A stretch of 64,000 bases of DNA from an uncultured Candidatus Saccharibacteria bacterium (GCA_964646415.1 CAZYEL010000004.1:539-64538); one strand, 5' to 3'; counted from the stretch's first letter, positions 19,604-29,168 are shown. The notes: generated from the letters alone by a model not told the origin. Made by a program: numbers and translations.

Positions 19604-19873
19604 CTATTTCTTTTTCGAAAGCTGGTATACCTTCAGAATCTCCGCCGCCGCCTTCTTTGCCTGCCCCGACTTCATCTGCATAACCGCATGCGCGGAAAGG
19701 TGGTTCTCAAGAATAATGTCTTCAATGCCGGAAAGCGCCTGCCTGATGGCGGACGACTGGGTAATAAGGTCGATGCAATACGTATCGGCCTCAACCATTC
19801 TTCCGAGTCCGGCAATCTGCCCCTTGATAATCCGGAGCCGACGCAGTGCCTTTTTCTTCGCCGCAGGTTCCAT
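19604..19873 (-). CDS. CsoR/RcnR-family metal-sensitive repressor
   Basis: RLRIIKGQIAGL, YCIDLITQ, ENHLSAH. Confidence 0.9.
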   Translation of the reverse strand: MEPAAKKKALRRLRIIKGQIAGLGRMVEADTYCIDLITQSSAIRQALSGIEDIILENHLSAHAVMQMKSGQAKKAAAEILKVYQLSKKK

Positions 19874-19879
19874 AACCGT

Positions 19880-19909
19880 ACCATACCCCCTAGGAGTATC
19901 ATCTGTCAA
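19880..19909 (-). promoter_or_regulatory. Promoter with CsoR/RcnR-type operator
   Basis: TTGACA-18-TATGGT with pseudo-palindrome ATACTCCTAGGGGGTAT (19883-19899) in the spacer and overlapping the -10. Confidence 0.75.
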
Positions 19910-19945
19910 GGCAAAACTCCCTGCATACTCGACGAAAGCGCGCGG

Positions 19946-21688
19946 CTACAGCCGCTGCTTCTCCCACAACTCGTAAAATCTCCACTTCTTTCTCCGGAGT
20001 TCGTTGAAACTCCCCGATTCCAGGATTTTTCCGCTCTCAATCACGATTATTCTGTCCATCTCCTTAATGGTGGTAAGGCGATGCGCAATCACGATTGCGG
20101 TCACGTTCTGGAAAAATTCGTGGAGCGATTCGCGGATTTTCTCTTCGGACTCTATATCGAGATGCGAGGTTGCCTCGTCGAGGAGTAGCACTTGAGGGTT
20201 TTTGAATACCGCGCGCGCAATGCCCACGCGCTGTTTCTCCCCGCCCGAGAGCCGTATCCCCTTCTCGCCGATAATCGAGTCCGCTCCTTTCGGCATTTTC
20301 GCCATAAAGTCCTTCACGTTCGCAACGGTCAAAGCTTTCCGCAACAGCTTCTCGTTCTTTTCTTCGTCTTGATTCGTGATAGTGATATTCTCGCGGAGCG
20401 ATGCATTGAAAAGCTCCGTATCCTGGAGCACCACCGCCAGGTACTTGAAGTAGTCCTTCTTGCCCACGGTCTTCAGCACCACGCCGTCGAAGCGGATGCT
20501 CCCCGCGTATGATTCGTGCTCCTTAAGAAGCAGTTTGAAAAGCGTGGATTTCCCCGCGCCGGAGAGCCCCACAATGCCCACGCGCTCGCCGCGCCTCACC
20601 TCAAAAGAAATATTTTTGAGCGCCGGTTTGTCGCCGTACGAAAAAGAAACATCTTCAAACGTGAGCTTCTTCCAATTTTTCGGGAACGGCACCTTCCCCT
20701 CTTCACGGTCAATCGCGATGGGAATCTTCAGGATTTCCTGCAGGCGGGCAAACCGGTGCTTCTCCACCGCGAAGTCCTGCGATACTTCCGTGAGCTCACG
20801 GATAGACATCACCACGTTCCCGAAGTATCCGTTCAAAAGCACGAGGAAACCCACTTGGTAATGCCCCTCAACGATACCCCAGACCACGAAAGCGAGGAGT
20901 CCGACGCGAAAGATATGAGTGTAGAGGTCCCGCAAGGCGCTCCCGCTCCGGAACCAGAAAATTCTTATTTTCACGGACTCGAACAAGTCCGTTGCCGCCT
21001 CCGTCATGATTTTCATGAGCTTCGGCGCCATCGACATCACCTTGATGCTCCGGACATTGTTGATAGACTCGAAAATGAGGCCGCTCTGCGTTTCTTCTTT
21101 TGCGTTCACTATATCAGCCGCAACAACTGCCCGCCTGATGTGATACCGCGCAATCACGTAGAAAGAAATGAGATAGAACACAATCGCCCCCGCGATGATG
21201 GAGTCAAATGCGGCGATGATGAATACGACGCCGACGAAGTTGATGGCGATTTCGATAAAATTATTCACCCACATCCGCATCATATTATCGAGACTCGCCG
21301 CACCGCGGTCCACCTTTTTGAATTTATTCCCCGCGTTTTCCTTCTCGTGCCATGAGATGTCAAGAAGGAAAAGATGCCGCATTGCCGCAAGCTCGGCGTC
21401 AAGCAAAAGCCGTTCCCCTACCTCGAAACAGTTCCGTTTCGCTATATAAATGCACCCGAAGCGGATAAGCGCGCTTATGACCATCAACGCGAGCGTTATG
21501 TACACAGGCACGAGCGAATTCCCCGGACGATAGTCGGTAAAAAAATTAACGAGTTCCGCGAGCGCGTACGCCTGGTAAAGCCACGCGGTGTCCCCCGCGA
21601 CGCGGCAAAACGTCCCCGACCAAAACCGCCACTTGTACGGCCGGAGGTAACCCCAAACGTCGCGAATGAGGCTGAAGGTCGAATACAT
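19946..21688 (-). CDS. ABC transporter, fused permease/ATPase
   Basis: TMD plus GLSGAGKST, LSGGE, LLLDEATS. Confidence 0.92.
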   Translation of the reverse strand: MYSTFSLIRDVWGYLRPYKWRFWSGTFCRVAGDTAWLYQAYALAELVNFFTDYRPGNSLVPVYITLALMVISALIRFGCIYIAKRNCFEVGERLLLDAELAAMRHLFLLDISWHEKENAGNKFKKVDRGAASLDNMMRMWVNNFIEIAINFVGVVFIIAAFDSIIAGAIVFYLISFYVIARYHIRRAVVAADIVNAKEETQSGLIFESINNVRSIKVMSMAPKLMKIMTEAATDLFESVKIRIFWFRSGSALRDLYTHIFRVGLLAFVVWGIVEGHYQVGFLVLLNGYFGNVVMSIRELTEVSQDFAVEKHRFARLQEILKIPIAIDREEGKVPFPKNWKKLTFEDVSFSYGDKPALKNISFEVRRGERVGIVGLSGAGKSTLFKLLLKEHESYAGSIRFDGVVLKTVGKKDYFKYLAVVLQDTELFNASLRENITITNQDEEKNEKLLRKALTVANVKDFMAKMPKGADSIIGEKGIRLSGGEKQRVGIARAVFKNPQVLLLDEATSHLDIESEEKIRESLHEFFQNVTAIVIAHRLTTIKEMDRIIVIESGKILESGSFNELRRKKWRFYELWEKQRL

Positions 21689-21702
21689 TGAGAGTTATTG
21701 TA

Positions 21703-22329
21703 TCACAGGAAAACTTCCTCCCCCGTGCCCACAAACCGGTATGAATCCCCCTCCACCAAAATCCCCTGCCCGTCCCGAAGAATACGCACGGGGCACGAGG
21801 CGTGCCGCGCTTTTTCGCGGATTAAATCCGCCAACTCGTCTTTATAGTGAGCTCTCACGAGAAACGGAACGAGATTGAGCGCCCGAAAGTCGGTCACGCC
21901 ATAATGGTCTTTTTTCTTCGGTCCCCACGTCGACACTTCAATCGTCGGGCACGCGAGATATGCTCCCGCGCTCGTGCCCACGTAGGGCACACCCTGCGCC
22001 AATATCTCCCTCACTACTTCTTCGAAGCCGCTCGCCCGAACCGCTTTTAAAAGATAGAAGCTGTTCCCGCCTTCGACGTGCAGCACGGTTTTCCCCGCAA
22101 ACATGCGCCGCAATTCTTCCGCGCTCCTCCCCTCAACATCCATCTCCGTGAAGCGGTAGCCCGCCTCCGCCATCGCGCCCTTGTGCAATTCCAAATACTC
22201 ATGGTTCGACTCCCCCTTCGAGGCGTCGGTGATATATGCAATATGCGCCTTCTCTTTCGGAACACCGAGCACAGCATACCCCTCCTTGATGAGAAATCCC
22301 CCGTCCGATGCAAGAAGCAATTTTCTCAT
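21703..22329 (-). CDS. Peptidase S51 (PepE-like)
   Basis: VEGGNSFYL, GTSAG nucleophile elbow, His in AHY. Confidence 0.85.
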   Translation of the reverse strand: MRKLLLASDGGFLIKEGYAVLGVPKEKAHIAYITDASKGESNHEYLELHKGAMAEAGYRFTEMDVEGRSAEELRRMFAGKTVLHVEGGNSFYLLKAVRASGFEEVVREILAQGVPYVGTSAGAYLACPTIEVSTWGPKKKDHYGVTDFRALNLVPFLVRAHYKDELADLIREKARHASCPVRILRDGQGILVEGDSYRFVGTGEEVFL

Positions 22330-22802
22330 GTATAAGAAGAGTCGCGGATTTTCATCCAAACCTTCCCCAGCATATTCTCCCCCTTTCCGTCCGGTCCCGC
22401 GCCCCAGAAACTGTCCACGGGGGAATTTTCTATAATCATCCGCTTCCCCGTTCTCTTGAGCGCTTCCCGCACGTCTTCGTGTTGCGCGGCCTTCGCGCGA
22501 AGCGCTTCTTCCATCACTCTCACCCGCTCTTCTTGCCAGGAGGAAGGCAACTTGCCCACGTTCTTATTTGCAATATCCTTCGCCGCATGAGGGCTCGGCG
22601 CCGCCAAAATCTCCTCCGCAATTTCGGGGTGTGCAGAGAAATACTTTTTCCACTGGTATGCGTGCTCCGATGTAGGAAAAGCCAGCCCCCAAACGCAGAC
22701 AACGTGCGCGGAAAAATTGTCGAGCGGCGCGAACGCCGGCGTGAAGAAGTACACCGCCTTGTCGGTTTCTTTGTTTAATCCTTCGCTTGAAACAGGGTAC
22801 AT
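22326..22802 (-). CDS. NADAR (YbiA-like) family protein
   Basis: FPTSEHAYQ, DSFWG, GENMLGKVWMKIR. Confidence 0.9.
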   Translation of the reverse strand: MYPVSSEGLNKETDKAVYFFTPAFAPLDNFSAHVVCVWGLAFPTSEHAYQWKKYFSAHPEIAEEILAAPSPHAAKDIANKNVGKLPSSWQEERVRVMEEALRAKAAQHEDVREALKRTGKRMIIENSPVDSFWGAGPDGKGENMLGKVWMKIRDSSYT

Positions 22803-22811
22803 GGTAAAAAA

Positions 22812-23225
22812 TCAGCTCAGCCTGCTTAAATTTTTTGTAAGCGGGAACACTGCGTCTTTCGGGCCGTAGAGATAGAGCGCCCGGTATTTGATCTCTTCCC
22901 CTTTATGGGACGCCAACGCGCGCGCATATGACGCATAATCCGCAGGCGCTGCGTCTTCCGTATAATCAACGACTTTCACGTCAGGATTCCCCGCAAGTTT
23001 CGCCCGCAGCTCTCGCATCTTGCTCTGCCCCGCTTTCCGGACGTAGTGCCCGATGTTCGTAAGATACTTGTGCGATGCGCCGTCGCCGTCCACGACTTCG
23101 CCTCCGAACGCAGCCGCGGGCAATTCCCGTCCCGCAGTGAGTCCCAGCACGAATCCCGCGTTCGTAAGAACGCCCTTATCTTCAAGCGATTGCTCCACGA
23201 CGAGTACGCTCACGTATTCTTCCAT
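22812..23225 (-). CDS. DUF2000-like (PTH2 fold) protein
   Basis: NAGFVLG, DGDG, LYGPK...TKNL pattern. Confidence 0.6.
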   Translation of the reverse strand: MEEYVSVLVVEQSLEDKGVLTNAGFVLGLTAGRELPAAAFGGEVVDGDGASHKYLTNIGHYVRKAGQSKMRELRAKLAGNPDVKVVDYTEDAAPADYASYARALASHKGEEIKYRALYLYGPKDAVFPLTKNLSRLS

Positions 23226-23273
23226 AATTCCCCAATTATATACTCGCGACCGACGCACAACAATATTCTGTTA

Positions 23274-25019
23274 CTACTCCCCCGCCCCGTCGCGCACGAA
23301 AAGCAGCCGTGCGAGCCGGATGAGGTCGTACGGCACCCGCCCGTGAAGCCATTCATAGGCCGGCTGAAGGCGGGTGTCGCCGAGCTCCCGAAACGCCTCG
23401 TGCACATCCGCAATCTCCTCCTCGTTCCCCTTCGCAAGATGTTTGATGTCGGACACTCCCAATTTTTCGAGCACCAGCAACTCTTCAAGGTGCCCGATGA
23501 TGGTGCCGGGCGTCCTCCCCCGTTCGCGCGCGACCTCCGCTACACTCTTCCCTTCACGGATGAGCGCGAGCGTCTCTTCCCATCGGTGCGTTTTCTGCTT
23601 CGGCGCACGCGGAGCGCGCGCATCCGCCGCCCTTCCCGGGCGCGCGTCCTCCGGGAGCGGCGTGAGGCTTCCCCCGCACGCGCGTAAGAATTCCTTCTGC
23701 CGCGCCTCAAATTCGGCGGCGGGCACGCGGGCATACCGTTCGTGCACCGCTTGCGACGCCGCGCGGAATGCCGCGTCTTTCTCGCACACTTCCGGATGCA
23801 CTTCAAGCGCGCGCTCGTTGAACCCCGCGAGCGAAAGCCCCGCGAGCGTGCGCACGCGCGAGAGCGCCACATATCCCTGCCCGTGCTCGAAAGCATGGGA
23901 AAGGTCGACATGCGCCGCATCAAGCGACATCCCCTGGCTTTTGTGCACCGTAATCGCCCAGGCGAGCCGGAGCGGGATTTGGACCACCCGCGCGAGCGTG
24001 CGGCCCCCGTCTTCCACAACCCATTCCACGGGCTCCGCGCAAATCGCCGCGCCGGACGTCGTGCGAACAAGCGGGTATCCGCCCTCGTCCGCGAACCCCG
24101 TCACCTCGCCGAGCGTCCCGTTCACGAACCGGTACGCGGGGTCGTTTTTTGTGAAAAGCACCCGCGCGCCGACTTTGAGTGAGAGCGCCTCCGGCGAAAG
24201 ACACCCTTTCTTGAGCGAATCAACGACATGCTCGGCGCCGTGACTCGTCATGCGGAACTCGCGCGCCTCGCCCGGGATTCGTGCAAGCGCGGCGTTGTTC
24301 ACCCGGTCCACATCGACATTATGGGAAAAAAGCTGCGTGGCGCTTTGAGCAACCGCGACGCCCCGGCGCGACGCGAGGAGCGCACGGTGGCGCGCGTCCA
24401 CCCTTCCCGCGCGAATCGCGGAGAGTGCCTCAAGAAACGCCGCATCCCCCTGCCGGTGCTGCTCGGAGAGATAGCACACTTCAGGGTTCAGTGCCCGCCA
24501 TGCCGGGGCATCGAACGCAAAACGCGCTTCCTCCTCTTCCTCAAAAAGCCCACCCTCCGCATCCTCGCGCTCGTCGCGCGTGACCACGGGCGGCAACTGG
24601 AAAAAATCCCCGACAAGCACAACCTGCAATTCCCCGAACGGGGCGCTGCCCCCGCGGACGGCGCGGCATGCCGCCTCCACCAGTCCCAGCGTACGCGGAG
24701 AAAGCATGGAAATCTCGTCGATGATAAGCGTGCGTGCGTGGCGGATTCGCTTCGCGACGCGCTTATTGCCCGCGATGTGGTCCAAGTCTTCTTCGCTCAA
24801 CCTCCGCTTCACCCCGATGCCGCTCCACGAGTGGATGGTGAGCCCGCCGATATGCGTCGCTGCGATGCCGGTTGAAGCGGTAATCGCGGGCTCCACGCCA
24901 TGCGAACGGAGCCACGCGGTAAAACGATTCACCGTGTGCGTCTTCCCGCTCCCCGGCTCACCGGTCAGAAACACGTTCGCGCCGGTCTTTAAGATTGCGA
25001 ATGTTTCGTCCTGGGTCAT
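23274..25019 (-). CDS. PIF1-family DNA helicase with C-terminal HTH
   Basis: GEPGSGKT, DEISM, GDFFQLPPV, AWAITVHKSQG, GQGYVALSR. Confidence 0.92.
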   Translation of the reverse strand: MTQDETFAILKTGANVFLTGEPGSGKTHTVNRFTAWLRSHGVEPAITASTGIAATHIGGLTIHSWSGIGVKRRLSEEDLDHIAGNKRVAKRIRHARTLIIDEISMLSPRTLGLVEAACRAVRGGSAPFGELQVVLVGDFFQLPPVVTRDEREDAEGGLFEEEEEARFAFDAPAWRALNPEVCYLSEQHRQGDAAFLEALSAIRAGRVDARHRALLASRRGVAVAQSATQLFSHNVDVDRVNNAALARIPGEAREFRMTSHGAEHVVDSLKKGCLSPEALSLKVGARVLFTKNDPAYRFVNGTLGEVTGFADEGGYPLVRTTSGAAICAEPVEWVVEDGGRTLARVVQIPLRLAWAITVHKSQGMSLDAAHVDLSHAFEHGQGYVALSRVRTLAGLSLAGFNERALEVHPEVCEKDAAFRAASQAVHERYARVPAAEFEARQKEFLRACGGSLTPLPEDARPGRAADARAPRAPKQKTHRWEETLALIREGKSVAEVARERGRTPGTIIGHLEELLVLEKLGVSDIKHLAKGNEEEIADVHEAFRELGDTRLQPAYEWLHGRVPYDLIRLARLLFVRDGAGE

Positions 25020-26797
25020 TATTCGAAACCAAGCATATCCGGTTCTTTCTGCTTTAGAAAATCCTGAAAAGGCCCTTTTTGATTGGCGAGGTCATCAAAA
25101 GTTCCTTCTTGGACAATTCTGCCCCGCTCAAAAACAAAAATCCTGTCGGTGTTTCTGAGCGTCGTCAGTCGGTGAGCAATTGTTATCGTTGTCTTATCTT
25201 TGAACAATTGCTCAATGTTTTTTTGGATTTTGAACTCGTTCGAGTTATCGAGGGCAGAAGTCGCCTCGTCGAATATCAGCAGTTCGGGAGACTTCAGTAT
25301 CAATCGCGCAATGGCAAGCCGCTGTTTTTGACCGCCGCTTAGATTATTTCCATTCTCGGCAACTCTGCCCGATAACCCTCCGAGTGAATTTTCTATCTCT
25401 TCGTACAAATTTGCCAGTTTTGCCGCTCTCACAACTTCCTCATCGCTTATATTCTCTCGCTCACCACCATACACAATGTTACCTCGTATCGAACCCGAGA
25501 ATATGTGCGCCTTCTGCGGCACATGCGCGATGCGATCCGCAATTTCCTCTCTACCCATCGTGTCTAAGTTCTTGCCGAAAATTGTTATCTTGCCGGAGTA
25601 GCCATGCACAAGCCGCAACAAAACTTTTATGAGTGTGGATTTGCCGCATCCGGACGCACCGGCTATGCCGATCTTCTCTCCGCTTTTGACAACAAAATTA
25701 ATGTCTTGCAAAACCGGCGAATTTCCGTATCTGAAAAAAAGTTTGCGTACTTCTATTGCATTGGCGTTGTTTGATGCCGTTCCTTTCTTGTCCTGCGCCT
25801 GAAAAGAAATATCCCGCGGTTGATTGAGCAAGTCGTAGAGGTCATTTACCCTTATCGAACTCTCATGCGCTTCGTCGAGTATTCGGTGAATTTCGCGCAA
25901 AGGCCCCGTGATGCTCAAGAAAAGGATTGAGTACACAAGAATGTCGCCTTTGGTGATTATTCCTTGCGCCGCAAGAAAGATTGAAAGAGAAATTACAAGA
26001 ACATAGAAAATCCCTTCGTTCAGGTATTTCCCGGAATCAAACAATGCCATGAAAATATGGTGCCGGATTTCCTTTTTTCGCATCACTTCGGCGACCTCTT
26101 CAACTTTCGCCACTTCCTTGTCTTCGGTATGCAACACCCGCACTGTTTCGATGCCGCCAAGCATTTCAACAACAGTGCCGTCAATTTTTTCCTTCCCGCG
26201 CAAGAGCGCGACACGTATTCCTTTTTGCGAGGAAACCTGCCACACGATAAGAAAAAGGCCTGCGGGGATTACCAGAATCATCACAGAAGCCAACAATGGT
26301 TTCTGTGTCAGCGCTATTGCGATTGCGGCCAATGCGCTAAAGAAAACCGGAAAGAAATCGAGGAACCCGAGTTTGATAATCCTTATCACTCCCTGAATTG
26401 ACCTGAAAATCCTTCCGTGCAGCGAGCCGATTTGTTGTTGGTTGATATTTGCAATATCTGTTTTCAGCAAATGCTCAATAACATGCACCGTCTGCTTTTT
26501 GTCCGTTTGCGTAGCAACGTTTTCAACAAAATATTTTCGCACGACGGTTAGAGCTTCGCGTACAAGGACTATGCCCATAATCAATGCAATAAATGGAATC
26601 GCGATACTGAAGTTAATGTGTTCTGTGCCAACAAGCGTATCCACCAAACGCCCCAAAATAACGGCGGGCAAGTTGGTGAGAATCCCGGTGAGAAGCATGA
26701 GAAAAGAAGCGAAAACCAGCGCGGCTTTCTCCGTCTTCTCTATAAGCCACAACGTGCGCCTAAACCCATGCAGTATCTCGGAAAATTCTTTACTCAT
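25019..26797 (-). CDS. ABC transporter, fused permease/ATPase
   Basis: GASGCGKST, LSGGQ, IFDEATS. Confidence 0.92.
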   Translation of the reverse strand: MSKEFSEILHGFRRTLWLIEKTEKAALVFASFLMLLTGILTNLPAVILGRLVDTLVGTEHINFSIAIPFIALIMGIVLVREALTVVRKYFVENVATQTDKKQTVHVIEHLLKTDIANINQQQIGSLHGRIFRSIQGVIRIIKLGFLDFFPVFFSALAAIAIALTQKPLLASVMILVIPAGLFLIVWQVSSQKGIRVALLRGKEKIDGTVVEMLGGIETVRVLHTEDKEVAKVEEVAEVMRKKEIRHHIFMALFDSGKYLNEGIFYVLVISLSIFLAAQGIITKGDILVYSILFLSITGPLREIHRILDEAHESSIRVNDLYDLLNQPRDISFQAQDKKGTASNNANAIEVRKLFFRYGNSPVLQDINFVVKSGEKIGIAGASGCGKSTLIKVLLRLVHGYSGKITIFGKNLDTMGREEIADRIAHVPQKAHIFSGSIRGNIVYGGERENISDEEVVRAAKLANLYEEIENSLGGLSGRVAENGNNLSGGQKQRLAIARLILKSPELLIFDEATSALDNSNEFKIQKNIEQLFKDKTTITIAHRLTTLRNTDRIFVFERGRIVQEGTFDDLANQKGPFQDFLKQKEPDMLGFE

Positions 26798-26896
26798 GGT
26801 TATGCGCCGACTTCGTTTTCGAGATTGTGGATGCGGTCGTTCATAAAAGGCGATGTTAACTCATGCGGTAAAAACCATCCGCGCTTAAAACGAAAC

Positions 26897-28087
26897 TCAT
26901 TTTTTGTTCAAGAATTCAGGCACAAACCCATTTTTCTCTAAAACATAGGCGATTCCACGCAACAGATAGTTATTAGCAAAGCCAATGGTATATATTCTCC
27001 CCTTTTCCTTAAGTGGGATCAGCATCTTTTTGTCTTTGAGCTTCTTAAGTATTCTGGATCGTTGCACTGGAGATTCCTTTCCAATTATTAACTCCAGGCC
27101 TCCCGATTTGATACTCATATCTTTACTCTTAACTATCGCCGACAGAATCTCATATTCCCGCTTTGTAATATGTTCGCGCTCAAGGGCAAAAGAAAGAACT
27201 GGCAATAAAATAGTATTGACGATATAGCTTAAATCAAGAAGTCTATCAATTTTTTCTATCTCTGCGCGCAATCCCTCAAGTACGTATGAGCACCATTCGA
27301 GTGTTTTTTCTTCCTCACCAGAATCAGCCAACGCAAGCATTTCGTAGTATCGATTCCTGTCCATGCAAAATATGGCGGTGGGATTCAGAATCCTTCCGTT
27401 CCTTACTTGAAATCCTTGTTTAATAAGAAAAGCGTAGGTGAACATACGGATGATCCGACCGTTGCCATTATCAAAAGGATGAATCCATGCCATCCGATGG
27501 TGGGATAAAGCGATTGCGAGTAAATGGTATTGCGTATCAATTGACTGATTCACAAAATGGATTAACTCATCGAAATATTCCGGAACTTTTACATGATCCG
27601 GCGGAACGTGTAGAGAGCGCTGAATTGAAACGTTTATCGGACGCAGACTGCCAGGATGCCTCGAACCTTCCCCCTTGGGAGGTGGAGTCAGTCCATCGAC
27701 AATAATTTTATGCATCTCTGAAAGTAGCGCCCGATTAAACACAGTTTTCTTATCGACATTCTTCTCGATAAACTCAATCGCTCGTTCAATATTAAAGATT
27801 TCCCGCAATCCTTCGTCTTTCGCTTTCTTAGAAGGGTTTTCGATGATCTTTTCTACAAATTCTGCGAGTGTGGTATTGTTCCCCTCAATGCGCGCCGAAC
27901 CGAGACTTTCAAACATTTGGAAAATGTCCTTGAGTTGAAAAAATACGACTCGAGGAACTGGCCCTCCAAGTTTCTTAACACGCAATTTCTCAAGCTCGAT
28001 AATAGTGTTAGCAAGCCTGCTACCCCACTTAGGGTCGTAAAGCTTAAGAGGTATATCTTTAAATTGGTTATTATTTTCAGAACTCAT
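26897..28087 (-). CDS. Fic-domain protein (class II, internal inhibitory helix)
   Basis: HPFDNGNGRIIR Fic motif and SARIEG inhibitory motif. Confidence 0.9.
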   Translation of the reverse strand: MSSENNNQFKDIPLKLYDPKWGSRLANTIIELEKLRVKKLGGPVPRVVFFQLKDIFQMFESLGSARIEGNNTTLAEFVEKIIENPSKKAKDEGLREIFNIERAIEFIEKNVDKKTVFNRALLSEMHKIIVDGLTPPPKGEGSRHPGSLRPINVSIQRSLHVPPDHVKVPEYFDELIHFVNQSIDTQYHLLAIALSHHRMAWIHPFDNGNGRIIRMFTYAFLIKQGFQVRNGRILNPTAIFCMDRNRYYEMLALADSGEEEKTLEWCSYVLEGLRAEIEKIDRLLDLSYIVNTILLPVLSFALEREHITKREYEILSAIVKSKDMSIKSGGLELIIGKESPVQRSRILKKLKDKKMLIPLKEKGRIYTIGFANNYLLRGIAYVLEKNGFVPEFLNKK

Positions 28088-28168
28088 ATAAGTTATTTAT
28101 CATAATACACGATTCCGCCCTTTATACAAAAGAGTTTCATGGCTTATGGCGCATATATTATTTAACAT

Positions 28169-28957
28169 CTATAAAACTTCATTTCCTACAGTAAGACTAA
28201 ACTTCTGCGCGGCGCTCCTCCCCTGCACGACGACTTCGAGGAACCGCTTATCGCATAAGCCGGAGCTCCCCACGATAAGCGCCGATTCTCCCTCCGGCAC
28301 ATCTTTCAGCCGGTCATGGAACCGGAGCGCGCCAAGCTTTGTCGGCACAAAACCCCTCGCATCGGGATGCACATCCCCGGCGATGAGCGTCGTCTTGCAA
28401 TTCCCAAAGTTGTCCACGTACCAGACGGCAACGGGTGCATCGGGGAACGAGGCAATGGGAACCGGCTCGCCAATGGTGAGCGTCGGGTGGTTCGAGAGGC
28501 AAAGCCCGATCCGTGGCAGGAAATCGAAACTCCGGAACTGGCTTTTCACGATATGCTCCGTCGTGTCCGGCGCAATGATTTCCTTCTCCGCCAAGAGCGC
28601 GGTCACCGATTCGGTGTCGAGCACGCGCACGTCCGGGCATAGCCCGAATTTTTTGACCAAACTCAATATGAGCCCGTCCACCGCCGCAACCACAAGCGCC
28701 TTCTTATGACGGAAGTAACCGAACGGCGTCCCGTTCTTCCATTTCTTCGCCGCGCCATTCCGCGGGGCAATGTTCACGAGAATCACCCCCTCCTCCCCGC
28801 CCAGGGCGTCAAGCGCGTCGATAATATTCCCCGCCGCCTCGAGCTCATGCCCGACGCCTATAAAGTGCGGCGCGGTGCCAAAGAGGTTATATGCGCGTAT
28901 CTTCTGCCTCCCTGCCGCATTGTCGTCACGTGAGTCATTTATGATGGTTATGTTCAT
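28169..28957 (-). CDS. SAM hydroxide adenosyltransferase / DUF62-like protein (diverged)
   Basis: VDNFGNCKT, VPEGE...GSSG...LEVVV and GRSAA C-terminal motifs of the SAM-dependent halogenase/DUF62 family. Confidence 0.72.
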   Translation of the reverse strand: MNITIINDSRDDNAAGRQKIRAYNLFGTAPHFIGVGHELEAAGNIIDALDALGGEEGVILVNIAPRNGAAKKWKNGTPFGYFRHKKALVVAAVDGLILSLVKKFGLCPDVRVLDTESVTALLAEKEIIAPDTTEHIVKSQFRSFDFLPRIGLCLSNHPTLTIGEPVPIASFPDAPVAVWYVDNFGNCKTTLIAGDVHPDARGFVPTKLGALRFHDRLKDVPEGESALIVGSSGLCDKRFLEVVVQGRSAAQKFSLTVGNEVL

Positions 28958-28983
28958 GGATTTGGTTATTGATTAGATTAGTT

Positions 28984-29014
28984 AAAAAGAAAAAGCCTTC
29001 GCTGAACGAAGGCT
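28984..29014 (-). terminator. Attenuator terminator hairpin
   Basis: AGCCTTCG-TTCAG-CGAAGGCT followed by TTTTCTTTTT. Confidence 0.85.
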
Positions 29015-29054
29015 GGTACGATTTACGTTTAATTATTTCGACGAAATGGGTAAA

Positions 29055-29111
29055 TCAGCCTCCGTGGGCGGGGGTCATCATTCGCATCATCATTGAGTTC
29101 CGCGCAATCAT
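29055..29111 (-). CDS. Met-rich leader peptide MIARNSMMMRMMTPAHGG
   Basis: 18 codons, 6 of them ATG (five within codons 7-12); the stop overlaps the antiterminator arm. Confidence 0.82.
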   Translation of the reverse strand: MIARNSMMMRMMTPAHGG

Positions 29112-29123
29112 GCTATTGGCTTG

Positions 29124-29152
29124 AGTGTAGCGCAACCAAAATTAAAAGTAAA
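29124..29152 (-). promoter_or_regulatory. Putative sigma70 promoter of the leader/DUF62 unit
   Basis: TTTACT-17 bp-TACACT, 12 nt before the leader ATG. Confidence 0.65.
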
Positions 29153-29168
29153 TCTCACCTGCCACACT

